In this document: positions 40,701-52,546 of the stretch, one piece after another
How the letters are laid out: each line of letters starts with the position of its first letter
How positions within the stretch are numbered: the stretch's first letter is position 1
Assembly: GCA_051362555.1 (NCBI GenBank)
Contig: CM120647.1
Coordinates: 14,794,651 to 14,858,650, forward strand
Source: Lingula anatina
Taxonomy: Eukaryota; Animalia; Brachiopoda
Direction: 5' to 3'
DNA: 64,000 bases
The notes under the pieces: generated by a model
The model's input: only the letters and a program-made list of their open reading frames with translations
Databases searched by the model: none
Told to the model about the DNA's origin: nothing
Program-made: the position numbers and the translations under genes

Positions 40701-40986
40701 AGATGGGACCCTCAAATAGTTAACTCGATGTATTGATTGATTTGATATCCAATCTTTTTTGTACAGCAGCAGCATTAAATACAAACAACCATTTCATTTT
40801 ATCACCCCAAAATTGATGAACTGCTGTTAGAGCAATATTGCATATTATTTATAATTTTTTCTTTTACTACTTAAGATTCTAGCAAATGAGGAACATATGC
40901 AGACAAATGAAGATGGGCCAAAAGACTCTATCACAATAACAAGTAGTAGCTCTTCTATGCCTGGAGAAAAGAAAAGTTGTTGCTAG
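29641..40986 (+). CDS. RAB32: Rab32/Rab38-family small GTPase (first exon 29641-29745 or ATG-only exon ending 31169; then 35086-35208, 38163-38241, 38785-38966, 39717-39860, 40876-40986)
   Basis: GELGTGKTS, YRATIGVDFALK, the diagnostic WDIAGQERFGNMTRVYYKEA, LLANKCD, FETSAK and a C-terminal KSCC prenylation motif. The N-terminal exon choice is inferred. Confidence 0.92.
29775..29888. repeat. (GT)n/(GA)n microsatellites
   Basis: GT run followed by a long GA run. Confidence 0.95.
30417..30503. repeat. (TA)n microsatellite followed by poly-T
   Basis: Direct reading. Confidence 0.95.
33657..34946. mobile_element. Non-autonomous hAT-like DNA element with 6-bp TSD
   Basis: Perfect 17-bp TIR CAGACTTTACGAAAGGC / GCCTTTCGTAAAGTCTG, ATGTGT on both flanks, subterminal TCGGAC/GTCTGACA repeats. 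Confidence 0.85.
35440..35745. repeat. 17-bp-period minisatellite with TGTCACA core
   Basis: Alternating units TGTCACATCTACCACAC, TGTCACAGCCATCTCAT and TGTCACAACCAACACAA. Confidence 0.9.
36885..37125. mobile_element. Harbinger-like MITE family A
   Basis: CTCATTCCCAATG...CATTGGAAATGAGCC; interior similar to 15724-15962. Confidence 0.65.
39255..39735 (+). repeat. Tandem array containing copies of the Rab32 exon-39717 acceptor and exon start
   Basis: CCTCTGTTTCAG|TGTGATCAAGCCAAGGAG units with AGs ending at 39300 (diverged), 39431, 39497, 39606 and 39716, interleaved with TTGAGATTGATACATTGTATTT subrepeats. Confidence 0.9.
40168..40538. mobile_element. Kolobok-like MITE, inverted relative of 2714-3044
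   Basis: TTAA|AGGGATAACAACT ... AGTTGTTACCCCT|TTCA. The reverse complement of its right end matches the left end of 2714. Confidence 0.7.
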
Positions 40987-43055
40987 CAACAGAAAAGCTA
41001 GTCTTTATGCAAATATGTAATATGCTCATCAAGGGATGGAATTTTCAGTTTTGGCTAAATGATTTGAAAAAAGGAACACATGAACAATTTTTTGGATGAT
41101 TTTTTTTCTGATGTAAATATTGTCAATATGTTTAAATCAAATGTCCACATGGACTACTGAAAAATAGTCATGTTAATACTTGCAATTAATGATATTAGAA
41201 CCGTGTGTAAGTGCCTAGCATTACTTGTAAAAAGAACTTGGATTGGTCAGTTAAAGAATTGTAAGGATGTTTGCACAAAATGTGATTAAAGCCAAGAATG
41301 GATAATTGTGTATTTATTTTCTAAAATGCCGAAGGATATCATGTTAACGTCCTGTATACAGGAATTAATTATACTTTGTCATGAATGCATACAAATATGA
41401 TCATATTGGTATCATAATAAGTACCGTGTATGTTGTCAGTTTAGAATGACTGCGCGACCTTTTTGAATGGGGAATACAGGTAGGACTCAGCAGGTTTTCA
41501 TATCAAATAATCTGTTAACATTTTACTATGTTCAGTGGGCTTGCTATTTATACTTAAAATATTTATCTCCTCTGAAAGAAATTAACAGGATACTTGTTGG
41601 AGTTTTATATACCCAACTTGAAATATAATAAATCTTTTGAAAATTGCTGAAAGTTTTGCAACAAAAACATTGAATTGTATAGCAATCTTGTTTTATCTTA
41701 AATTAAAAATCACTATTGTTATGAGGTCATTTAGTATTGGTTCAAGTTAGCTAGTCGTCGGTTTTCTGTAGAGGTTTTTGAGTAGACTTGTTAGATGTTT
41801 ACCGGTTATTCTCGCGATTGATCATAGCCCCCAAACTTAAGTATTGGGTGGAAAATTCGCTGAATTCAAAATGTAATTTATTGTATTTGGACGTGCTTCA
41901 AAACAAAGTTTGAATATACTGTACAAGGTCAAGATCATTATGGTACAAACACTGGAAATACGTTTGCCTTTGGATTTACATGTACATTTTCCTGTGCCTT
42001 TTCAAATCTCGTATTAGTATTTATAAAGACATGAATATAAGACTGCTAATCATGATAATGACGTTCTTAGATTACATCATATGTTATGATAGAAAATGTA
42101 TATGTAAGTTGTAATTTTGTCATTTATATTATCACTGTAATGCTGCATATCATTCCACAATTTTTTAAAACTTAAAGCTGTCGATATATGTAGGAAATGC
42201 ACGAATGTCGGACAGCCTGGTATTTTTCATTGGCATAGAAACTGCGTGTACGGCGCGAGGTAATGTTGATAAAAGTTACTTTACCTATAATAGACTTCTA
42301 CGATGTACCGGTAGATGAAAATAATTTTGGTTAATTTTGTAATTTTGACACTTTATTCAGGGATTTCATTTTTTTATATATATTTTCTGCCTTCTGATGT
42401 AGGCCTATTACTGAGTACGTACATGTAGGCCTACATGTACACAAAACGCAATAGGTTGGGATTTATGGTATTCGTATTGAAAGGCTAGTGATCTCAAAGT
42501 TTGATTTTTGTCACGCGGTGGATATTTGTGAGGTTCCTAATCTAAAATATGATATCGTAACTAGTATGGTAACATATTGATGTAGGCCTAACGTCGACAT
42601 CCGGGACGTCTGGCTGTGACCTAAATACTGAATGACGTCACATAAGCGAGACCACTGGTACGTAATCATTCCCACTATGACATACCAGTTTAACTTCACT
42701 GTGAGGTTTAACATTACAAAATAGAGCGGAATGGTTGACTCTGAATACCCGTACTTAAAGTACTGAAATGATTAGGGGGATAATACAAATAAAGGTGTTA
42801 AAGTCATAGAGTAAAGGTGGCAGTTCATGTTGATGGTATTATGGATTATGTATTAAAATTGATGTTTTGTAAATAAATATAATTTACATAACTGCTGAAT
42901 AATTTGATTTTTTTTTAATCATTCCCCTCAGCTACATCTGTCGTCTATTAGGCGATGCACCCGTTCCGTTCAGTTTGTTGACTGCCAAACTCTTACTATC
43001 AAGTGATTTATTGGCTGGAATTTGCAGTGAATTTGTAATAAAATGGCTTTATATT

Positions 43056-44684
43056 TAATTAGTACCGCCAGCGTGTACGCTGGCGGTACTCATGTTTTTA
43101 GTCCCGACCCGTCTCGTACGGCTCCGTCAGTTCCGCAGGGTGTCGTTGGATACGTTACCGCTACCGCTTCTCTAGACCGCAAGGACCTGTCCCCATCTCT
43201 TGGATGTAGGTCACATATAATATCAACTTGAACCCCCTGGTATTTTTGACTCAGTCGGTGCATTGGCCTGGGCGTGACGCCCGTTGAAGCGAACGCTTGT
43301 CAAAATTTTTGAAAATTCAATGCAAAATATCTCACAAACCGAAGGAATTATGGGAAAAATTACTACAGAAGTCTGACGAAAGTCATTTATGTGGAGATTC
43401 CAAATATGCCCTTCGATTTGACTAATTTCGACCTTTATTTCAAGGTCAAACAGGCCAAAATTTTCTGCAAAAATATATTTGTTTGTACCAATTTTTAGAA
43501 ACTACACAGACCTTAGCTCTCATATAGTGAGGGGTTACAATCAGGGACTCCTTTCATCTCTGGGAGTTTGGGGTCAGTCTGTGCATTTTCACGGGAGAAG
43601 CAGCCATTAGATATGGTTTAGGCGTTGCGCTATGTAAAAAAGTACAAGGTCACAATATTCAGTGGTGATAATAAAATGTGAATTACTCCAAAATTAGCAG
43701 AGATACGCCCATAGTCACTATTGAACTTGAATAGGAAGTCCTATACTGGTAATCTAACTGTGACCTTAAAATTGACATTTGACCTACTTTTCATTATGAA
43801 CTGCACTTTGCAAGTTTTCTGATCTTTATATCTCCAAAACTGGCAAAGATACGCCCATAGTTACTATTGAACTTGAATAGGAAGTCATATACTGGCAATC
43901 TAACTGTGACCCTGAAATTGACCTTTGACCTAATTTTCACCATGAAATGAACTTCGCAAGTTTCTATCCCTTATACTATAGTATCTCGAAAACCAGCAGA
44001 AATAGCCCGAAATTAATGTTAAACTTGAATAGGAAGTCATACTGGCAATATGTTACCTTGAAATTGACCTTTGACCTACTTTTCTATGATGAACTGCACT
44101 AGGCATGTTTTCTGGCATTTATATCTCCAACATTTGCAGAGAAATGTCTATGGTTACTATTGAACTTGAATAGGAAGTCATAAACTGTAATCTTGAAATT
44201 GACCTTTGACCTACTTTTTCACCATGAACTGAACTTTGCATATTTTCTTGCCCCTCATATCTTCAAAACTAGCAAAGATGTGCCCAATGTTGCCCCTAGG
44301 TTTTCTCTTTTGTCAGCATATATGCAACACTGATAACACATTTCAAGGAAAAACAATAGGCCTATTGTCTAGAAAATCACAGGAGTGATCAATGTTAGGA
44401 AAATACAGGTCAATTCGAAAATCTGCCTAATATTGAAGCATATTTATTTATTTATTTATTATTTATTTTATTTATTTATTTATTTATTTATTTATTATTA
44501 TTTATTTATTTATTTATTTATTTTTGCATATTTTGAGGACTCTTGTTGATTGCATTTTATACAGCTTGTCAAGCACAAGACTGGTGGTGATGTCCCTTTT
44601 TTTGGGGGTTTTCCATACGAATGCGCTTACTCCAGCTGGTGGTACAATATCCGGAGGCGGTATCGCCTCTCTGATCCTCTAGTT
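43056..44684 (+). mobile_element. Helentron-associated non-autonomous element (HINE/DINE-1/Pearl-like) with internal ~150-bp tandem repeats
   Basis: 5' 14-bp-arm hairpin AGTACCGCCAGCGT-gt-ACGCTGGCGGTACT (43061-43090); four GAACTTGAATAGGAAGTCA...TGACCTTTGACCT repeats (~43690-44280); 3' subTIR GCTGGTGGTAC, short hairpin GAGGCGGTATCGCCTC and CTAGTT end. Confidence 0.75.
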
Positions 44685-45367
44685 GATAGACTAATTAACT
44701 TAGATGAATGATATCGCGTGGAGACGACGTGGCTAAGGGACCTTTGATTATCGTTTACAGAAAGAACAAAAGGTGTAATGTCCCAATGTTTCTCCCGGGC
44801 CAATATTTCGCCGATATTTTTTATAGCTTTCATGTGTTTGATTTTATTTTCTCTTCTTGTGCAAAATGGTAAAAATCATAGCAATATTTTAGTAAAGCGT
44901 GATTCCAAAGCTGGACGTCGTCTTGCCCATGCAAAAACGCCAGGCCATGTGAACGATAATTGTCCTCGCCGCGCCAAATGCGCAAATTAACGGCCCAAAC
45001 CACAAATCGAGTACCCCAACGTAAAATTACTTTACATAAGCCAAGGATTTAATTACAGGAACAATTTTGCCAGTTTCCATCCGGGTCTCTGGCTGTGATC
45101 AAAGAACCCCTGAGGTTTTTCTTTTTTTTTTTTTCTTTTACGGCAGCAATGCGTTCTCGACAATCTCCCGTTCTTATAGAACGCTCCGAACGGATAAACG
45201 GTTTGTTTAACAAAAAACACTGAGTTTGTCTAAAATTAATTAAAATTAATTTACTTTATTTGTGTCGAACGTGCTCAGTTTCAGAATAAATATACATATA
45301 TGTACAATTTGGTGAACAATTTTAATAATGTCAGTTTTTAATAAGTAAATTTTCAAATCAATTACAC

Positions 45368-45472
45368 AATTCAAATTACTGTTTTTCTTTTATCAAGAGC
45401 TTGTAAAATATGTGGGTATTACCTCCAATATTTTACAAGCTCTTGATAAAAAGAAAAACAGTAATTTGAATT
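45368..45472. repeat. Near-perfect palindrome (~44-bp arms)
   Basis: AATTCAAATTACTGTTTTTCTTTTATCAAGAGCTTGTAAAATAT ... ATATTTTACAAGCTCTTGATAAAAAGAAAAACAGTAATTTGAATT. Confidence 0.9.
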
Positions 45473-45937
45473 TATACATACAGAGCTAATGAAACTGTTC
45501 TCTCAATTACACTATTGTTTAGTGTAAAAATGTATGGGAATGACGTACTAGTATTTTACACTACTTGTATTTCGTACTTTTTGACCTCGGAATCAAATTA
45601 TTTTTTGTTTGGTTTTTTATTTTGTCGTTGATCTGTCCAATAACGTAACCGTTTTACTTTTTTGTTAATGCTTAAGAAATCGTATAAGTGAACTGAATTG
45701 TTCTGAGGAGTTTATTATTTAGAAGTTGTCATGGAGTGGTTGCACATAAAACAAAGACGTACAAAAAGCACTGTGGCTCTCTTAATAATTACGTTACAGC
45801 CCATAATAAAACAAAATGAAAAAACCTTATAAAATATCTACAAGTATACCATAAAATAGCAATTGTCTAATTTGAAAACGTTTCTTCTCATTGTCATTAA
45901 GAAGTATAATTTGAGCCGACAAATTCATGTAACTATG

Positions 45938-48871
45938 TTAATCCATCATGGACCTTGGAGATTTACCCATTTTCGAACCTTTGTTCCTGCATTTCTTTCC
46001 TTTAGAAGAAAGTGTTCGAGCCTCGTCAGCTTCTTCACCCACTCTCACTATGGCAGGAAGTACCTCGGTCGCAAACAGATACTGGCGCTCCCTATCGAAT
46101 GTTTCCACGGTGGTGGGCGTGTCCAGGTTGATGAATTGTCTGGAAGACCCTGTGTATTCCGGCCATTGGAGGCTGACCGGGTCACCTACATTTGGGTCAC
46201 TGAAAAGACGAGGGAGTTGACTGATTAGCAAAACAATGAAATACCATATTGAGCATACAGGAAAGGACAACCTGACTTCGTAGTCAAGTCATACTTGGCA
46301 TGGATCCTTTGTAGAGGGATATATTTCATACTAATTTAAGTACAGCTGATGGTCATTAGGACCATTAAAACTTAATGGTCATCAAATACACACAGTGGAC
46401 AATAGAGGTGTCACCCTACTGAATCAATACTTAGGGGGAGATAAATGACTGTGGAATGATATGCTCCTGGTATCATTTTATTAACATCAAATTTCACAAA
46501 AAGACCAACAATACAATTCCATGGTCCAGCGGTTTTATACTCATTAGTCACATTATAAGTAGACTTTGATTACTGACCCTTACCCATTTTTTACAAAGTT
46601 AGCTATATACCGCCTGATGGTTCTTCCAAGTTCCAATTCCTCAGCTGTCAAGTTATATACCTCTGGGTGCTGTTCAAACACACCAAAATACAGAATGCGG
46701 GTATCAAAATGTTCAGCTCGTACAAAAGCCGCTTTAGGTAAGTAAGAAGGTGGATAGCCAAGACGAATAGATAATGTGTATTTATACGTTGTGGCACCTC
46801 CAGCTTCGTTCAGTCTCGCCGACTCCTCTGCTGGCATTCCATAGAGAAGATCAGTGCTCTGTTGCACGGCCCGGGTAAGGACATCCAAAGGATCCATGGG
46901 GTCTTCGATGAGACCGTATTCGTGAAGCAAGGACCTAGCAACAGCGACTTCAGCGCTTTCCAAATTGAAATGATACGCGACTGATGCATACGTTTGAAAA
47001 ATGAAGCGTTGCTGGGCAACAGTAGGAGGGTTCCCTGCTGCAGGAAGTGAGTAGATGCTGCCATCATGGGAGGTAGCACCTACCATATAATGAAGCCCGG
47101 ATGTCACGTTTTCTCCCAGAAGTTCTCGCGGGTGTCTTGATATGAAAACTCCATCTATATTTGGTCGCCAGTCGAGTCCTCCTCGTAGCCCTTCCTCTCT
47201 TATCTCCGCCAATTCCTGAGCGTCTTTATTGCGGAGGCAGCGGAGTCTTGCTCTTGGTCGAGGCATGTCACATCCGACCATTTTTGAAAACTCCAAACTG
47301 ACGTTCGAAGACTCAGTCAGAGACCAAGGCGCCAAGCTTGACCCACTAACTGATATCCCTCCCTGTATCAAACCACGATTTAGAGGAGAGACCATCTGAA
47401 AATCCACCGACGCCCCTCCTGCCGAATCACCAATTAGAGTTATACGATCAGAGTCTCCGCCAAATTCCTCAGCATTCTCCCGTACCCATTTAATAGCCCA
47501 GTGCTGGTCCTAAAGGCCGTAATTCCCTCTTGCCTCGTCAGTCCCCGTGCTGAAGAACCCCAGAAAGCCCAGTCTGTAGTTTATAGTGACGAGGACGACA
47601 TCAGACTCCAGTGCAAGAATATCTCCATTAAAAGTAGCACCTGTTCCTGCCCTGAAAGCACCACTGTGAAAATGAATTAAAATCGCTTGGCGAACGCCTG
47701 TCTGACGTAGAACATCAACACCACGTGGCACGTACACGTTCAAAAACAGACAATCTTCGTCCCGTGTGAGGTTGATGATTGTTCGTCCTAGGGCGGCGTA
47801 GAGGGAAATTGAGCTGTCAGGCTGCGGGCAGTGGGGACCGAATTGTGTCGCTTGTCGAATGCCTTCTCCCCATCCAGGGTGTCTCTTGGGATTGGCGAAT
47901 CGAAGTCTCCCAACTGGGGGTTTTGCATATGGTATCCCAAGGAAGCGATCAACTATACCCACGCCTATAGAAGAAAATTTCAGGAAATCATGAAATGTAT
48001 GCTACTTGCACTAAATATTTCAGTATTTTGAAAGACCGTCACACATTTCTCAACCGTGCCTCACCTGTCACAATTCACTCCATCGACCTACGCCATGTGA
48101 AGACACACTGTTACTGCTCATGTGCATAGGTCGCTTACATCAACAGAATCGAAACATTTCGGGAATGGAAGCGGATTATTCCATCGTTTATAAGCGTACG
48201 CTATGCCTTTATCGTCCAAACGCCCGGCTGTCACCAAATCAGATAATAATATAGAAAACGTGCGTTTGCAAATAAACGCCGAAATAAGCCTTATAGTATT
48301 TTATTTCAATTTTTTATACAGTTAGTTTTCCTGGTTTCAGATTTGTCCATGATATGCGTAGCCACTTTTAAATAATCGTTTAAAAATAGTCCAAGCGCTA
48401 CTAGGAAGATATGTTTTACATAATCAGAATGAACGAAAGTCCAGGATAATGTGTTCCATTTTTTGTATAGTTAAGTGCTTACTTTGCGAGGTAAACATGT
48501 CGTACCCGTGCAAAGGCATCACACACTGCACTGTAAAGCATAGGCCAATGTCAGAGAGTTCAGGCAATGACGTTACCACAGGATAATTACCCCCCAAATT
48601 AGGCTTACGCTTACAGTGGGTAAAACGTGATGGGCAAATCTAGAGAGAAGAGGGGGGGGGGTCGGATTTTATTGAATTTAGGCCCCCAGAAAGTTGTAGT
48701 CCCCTCTAAGCCTTCCCGCCGGGGGTTTTACGTATGGTATACCACGAAAGCGGTCCACCATGCTAGAACCTGGAAAAAAAAATGAACGGATCGAAGAGCC
48801 CAGCGAGGTCGTTAAAGACACATACATGTAATTTCACATATATCACATCGCAAGTATTGAATTTTGTGTTC

Positions 48872-48902
<31 letters not shown>

Positions 48903-49043
48903 TGTGTGGTATTTTTGTGTTGCAACTATTGCAATGGTAATATCGTCTAAGCTATATTTCAAACAGGAATCATTACTTAGGTGACAAGAAGTCTGTTATC
49001 GAGAAAAGTTTCTGGAGAGCCCCTTTCTAACTTCTAAAGTGCA

Positions 49044-49081
<38 letters not shown>

Positions 49082-50354
49082 TTCACTAATTGTTTACAGT
49101 GTGTAAGTGCGCGCGCGTTTCTTTTTCTTTCTTTCTTTCTTTTTTTTTTTTTTGAAGGGGTCACGTGATGAAAGATGGCGCTAGTTTTGCTCGTTGAAAT
49201 ATAGCTATGCATGTTTTTATTAGTGTTCTTTGGTGAAAGATTTTGTTGGACTTAAGTACTGCTGCAATTGTTAATAGTTTTCATATTGCGCCAACAGTAT
49301 ATGTAGCCATTTAGGTTCTATGACAAGGTAAATTAAGACTGTCTCTTTCCAAGTGATATATTTAGTCACCCTGTAGCTACTCACAAACTGGAATTTTAAT
49401 TAACGAGCTACCCGGAAATGACAAGGGTTGATAACAGGGTGATCGGTCCCTGGGTGGGCGGGGGGGGGGGGGGGGGGGGAGGCAGAGGGAGGGTCGTTTG
49501 GAGGTGCCGGTATACCCTCAGACCAAAGGGTTCTCTAGTATTCTGTTACAAAATTATACTTAGTTTATTGTATTTAAAATGTCTATGCTATTTTACAGGC
49601 CCCTGATAACACAGGGTAGTACAATATACATGTAGTATATGATGCTGATTCAACAACCGAGAGGGTTCGACATTAGTGTATCCTAGAAAAAACCTTTTAA
49701 AAGAATTCATTTAGGTTGTGGCTTTGGTATGGAATGGAACCATCAGTAGGATTTACCTACTGTACATAACCCTGCATGTATTTGCAGCTACAGTGTATGT
49801 ATAGCTACAGTGTATGCACATGTACTAGTACCCACGGTACATAATCGAAGAATTGCAATATGTGGACAAGGACTCTCGTTCTACAAAATTTCTCGGTTTC
49901 GTCAAAACAATATTTGAAAGCACTTGATTTTATGCTATCTACATGTTAATGAGCAAAAAATACATTGGTAGTCGGATCATACATGTATGTGATAATTATC
50001 AAGCTGGAATGTTTTTATACCGCTAGCTTACATGTAGTCTTATTCAATATAAACATTTTAGCAGTTACGTTTAATAATACGACGCTTGATAAGTATCGAG
50101 CTAAAGAATCATTGTGCATGTACAGCATATGTGACTCTATCTAAGTACAAAAATTTTCTTATGCGTTAAACGGCTTAATTTCCTTTTCATTAACTGGCAT
50201 CCCAAAACTTACCATTACCGGTATCCACATTAACTCTATCACCAACTATCTTCCCGAGAGTTGTCGTTACCATTGGCGTTCCTGTACACAAGGTTTCTGG
50301 TATTATTAGCAATAAACAGAAACATACCGCGAAAATGATATCAACCTTCGCCAT
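45938..50354 (-). pseudogene. Type-B carboxylesterase copy A, chimeric with premature stop (exons 50354-50213, 47964-46584, 46199-45938)
   Basis: Signal-peptide exon plus EDCLFLNVYVP and GDSAG motifs. TAG at 47512-47510 where paralogues have TAT (GNYGLYDQ). An extra truncated B-type exon-2 start lies at ~48769-48706. Confidence 0.85.
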
Positions 50355-52272
50355 GGTAGACACTGTGATGTTGAACCGTGTCTATAGCTTTGTGAAACTC
50401 TGTTTGCCAAGCAATGAATCATATAACTGGAGACTGAGGGAGGTTATAAAACGACCAATCAGCTGTCAGAAAGGGTGGCATTCACTGGCCCCACAACTAC
50501 AATGAAAGGAATAAGGGGTACTGGAGGAGATCAGCATTGGTAAGAATTGTGCCGGAAGTGTGACGTCAAGTGGTGTAAGACGCGAAGCTGAGTGGTCATT
50601 TTTAGTTGGAGGTGAACGGGAGAAAAGACGTGGACTCGGAGAAAAAAGCAGTTTTTGAAACAACATGGTAATATAACATTTCTTCTTTACACATTTTGTG
50701 CAGAGAATACTTGTAGAAATAATAGGCACATAAAATGAAAACGTGACACGGAACTTGAAGGTCCAAAATCGTGCTAAATTTGCAGACAACTTGTTTTGAA
50801 ATGCATGCTGCATCGACCGCCAGCGCGACAAAGGGCGTAAAGTAGAAAGGAATTCCCGGGAGGCTATAAATCGTTGTCATGTGGAATTTTGACATTTATA
50901 TAATCTGATATGTCCATATCTAAGTATTTTTTGGGATTTTTATGGTATGTGCTGCAATTATAAAGATGTTTTAGAGTTCTTGAAGGACCTAGTGAAAACC
51001 AGGAAGTGAGTCGTAACTAACAACTGAATCGCACCAATCTACGGCTGCTGTGCAAAGATGTATCTTTTTTTAAATATTGTGACGAATTTTTAGATCTTTA
51101 TATGTCCATCTGACATGAAATTCCACACACATGATCACACTAATACACCTTTTACACCGGGGTAGGCACTTATCAGTGACAAATGCCAAGACAAAGGTGA
51201 CATTCTGACAGCCTCTTATCTGAGCTATTTTATTTGTTTATTTAAAAAGAAAACGTTTATTTGCCTCCCGGACCAGTATTTATTATAGCTTTCATGTATT
51301 TTGTTAGGTTTCCCTTCTTGTGGAAAATAATATAAATAAAAGCAGATATATAGTAAAACGTATTTCCATTGCTGGCTGTCATCTTTCTCCCGCGGCAACG
51401 CCATGCAGGCCTCATGAATGAGAAATGCTAACGCGACCCTTTGGTTTGGGAGCACAAATGCACAAACTAAAGCATCCAGCCACGAATCAAGTATCCCAAC
51501 GTAAAAATACTTTACATAAGCCAAAGATTTTATTACACAAACAATTTGGCCAGTTTCTATCAGGGTCCTTTATTTACGGCCGCAATGCGTTCTCGACAAT
51601 CTCCCGTTCTTACAGAACGGTCCGAACGGATAAAAGGTTGTTTTTTTTAATAAATAAATTATTAAATCAATTACACAGACTTTTCGCGTGAAAAATGTAT
51701 GGGAATGATGTACTAGTATTTTACATTACTTGTATTTCGTATTTTTTGAAAACGGAATCAAATTATTTTTTGTGTGTGTTTCATATTTATTTTGTCGTTG
51801 ACCTGTCCAATAACATTATAGTTTTACTTTTTTGCATAGGGAATTGTATAAGTGAATTGAACTGTTCTGGGGAGTTTATTCTTTAAAAGTTGTCATGGGG
51901 TGGTTGCACATAAAATAAAGAGGTAAAAACTGCACTGTGTCTTTCTTTATAAATTACATTTTACAGTTCATAATAAAACAGAATGAAAGTACCCAATAAA
52001 ATATTTACATTTATACCACAAAAGAGCAATTGTCTAATATGAAAACGTTTTTTTTTTCATTGTCACTAAGAAGTATAATTTGAGCTGACAAGTTCCTTGA
52101 CAAAGTATTCCACAATCATCCAAAAGATCATTTATGAAGTCATTGTTCAAAGAAACTTGTTAAACGCTGGGAAATGGGCTCCGAATATGGTCAATATTCA
52201 TTTAGCATTTTTCATATGTCGTTACTGCACAGATAGTTAAGCGTTGAACATTGGCGAGAGAACCGACACTAA

Positions 52273-52496
52273 GACTCCGTTCACATGAAAAATCTATTTT
52301 CTAAAAATCTATTTTCTATTCGCGGTATCTTGTGATCACTCCGAGCGCAGCCGAGAATTAATTACAGCTTTGGAAGTAACTGGCTCGCGCTGCCAGTAAT
52401 TACGCCGCGGGGTATTCAGGGCACAGACCGTGATCACAAGATACCGCGAATAGAAAATAGATTTTTAGAAAATAGATTTTTCATGTGAACGAAGCC
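52273..52496. mobile_element. Harbinger-like MITE with 62-bp perfect inverted repeat
   Basis: CGTTCACATGAAAAATCTATTTTCTAAAAATCTATTTTCTATTCGCGGTATCTTGTGATCAC and its exact reverse complement; TAA/CAA flanks. Confidence 0.8.
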
Positions 52497-52546
52497 CAAG
52501 ATAGTATCGTCACGGATAGACAATCAAACATTGTGATGTAACAATG

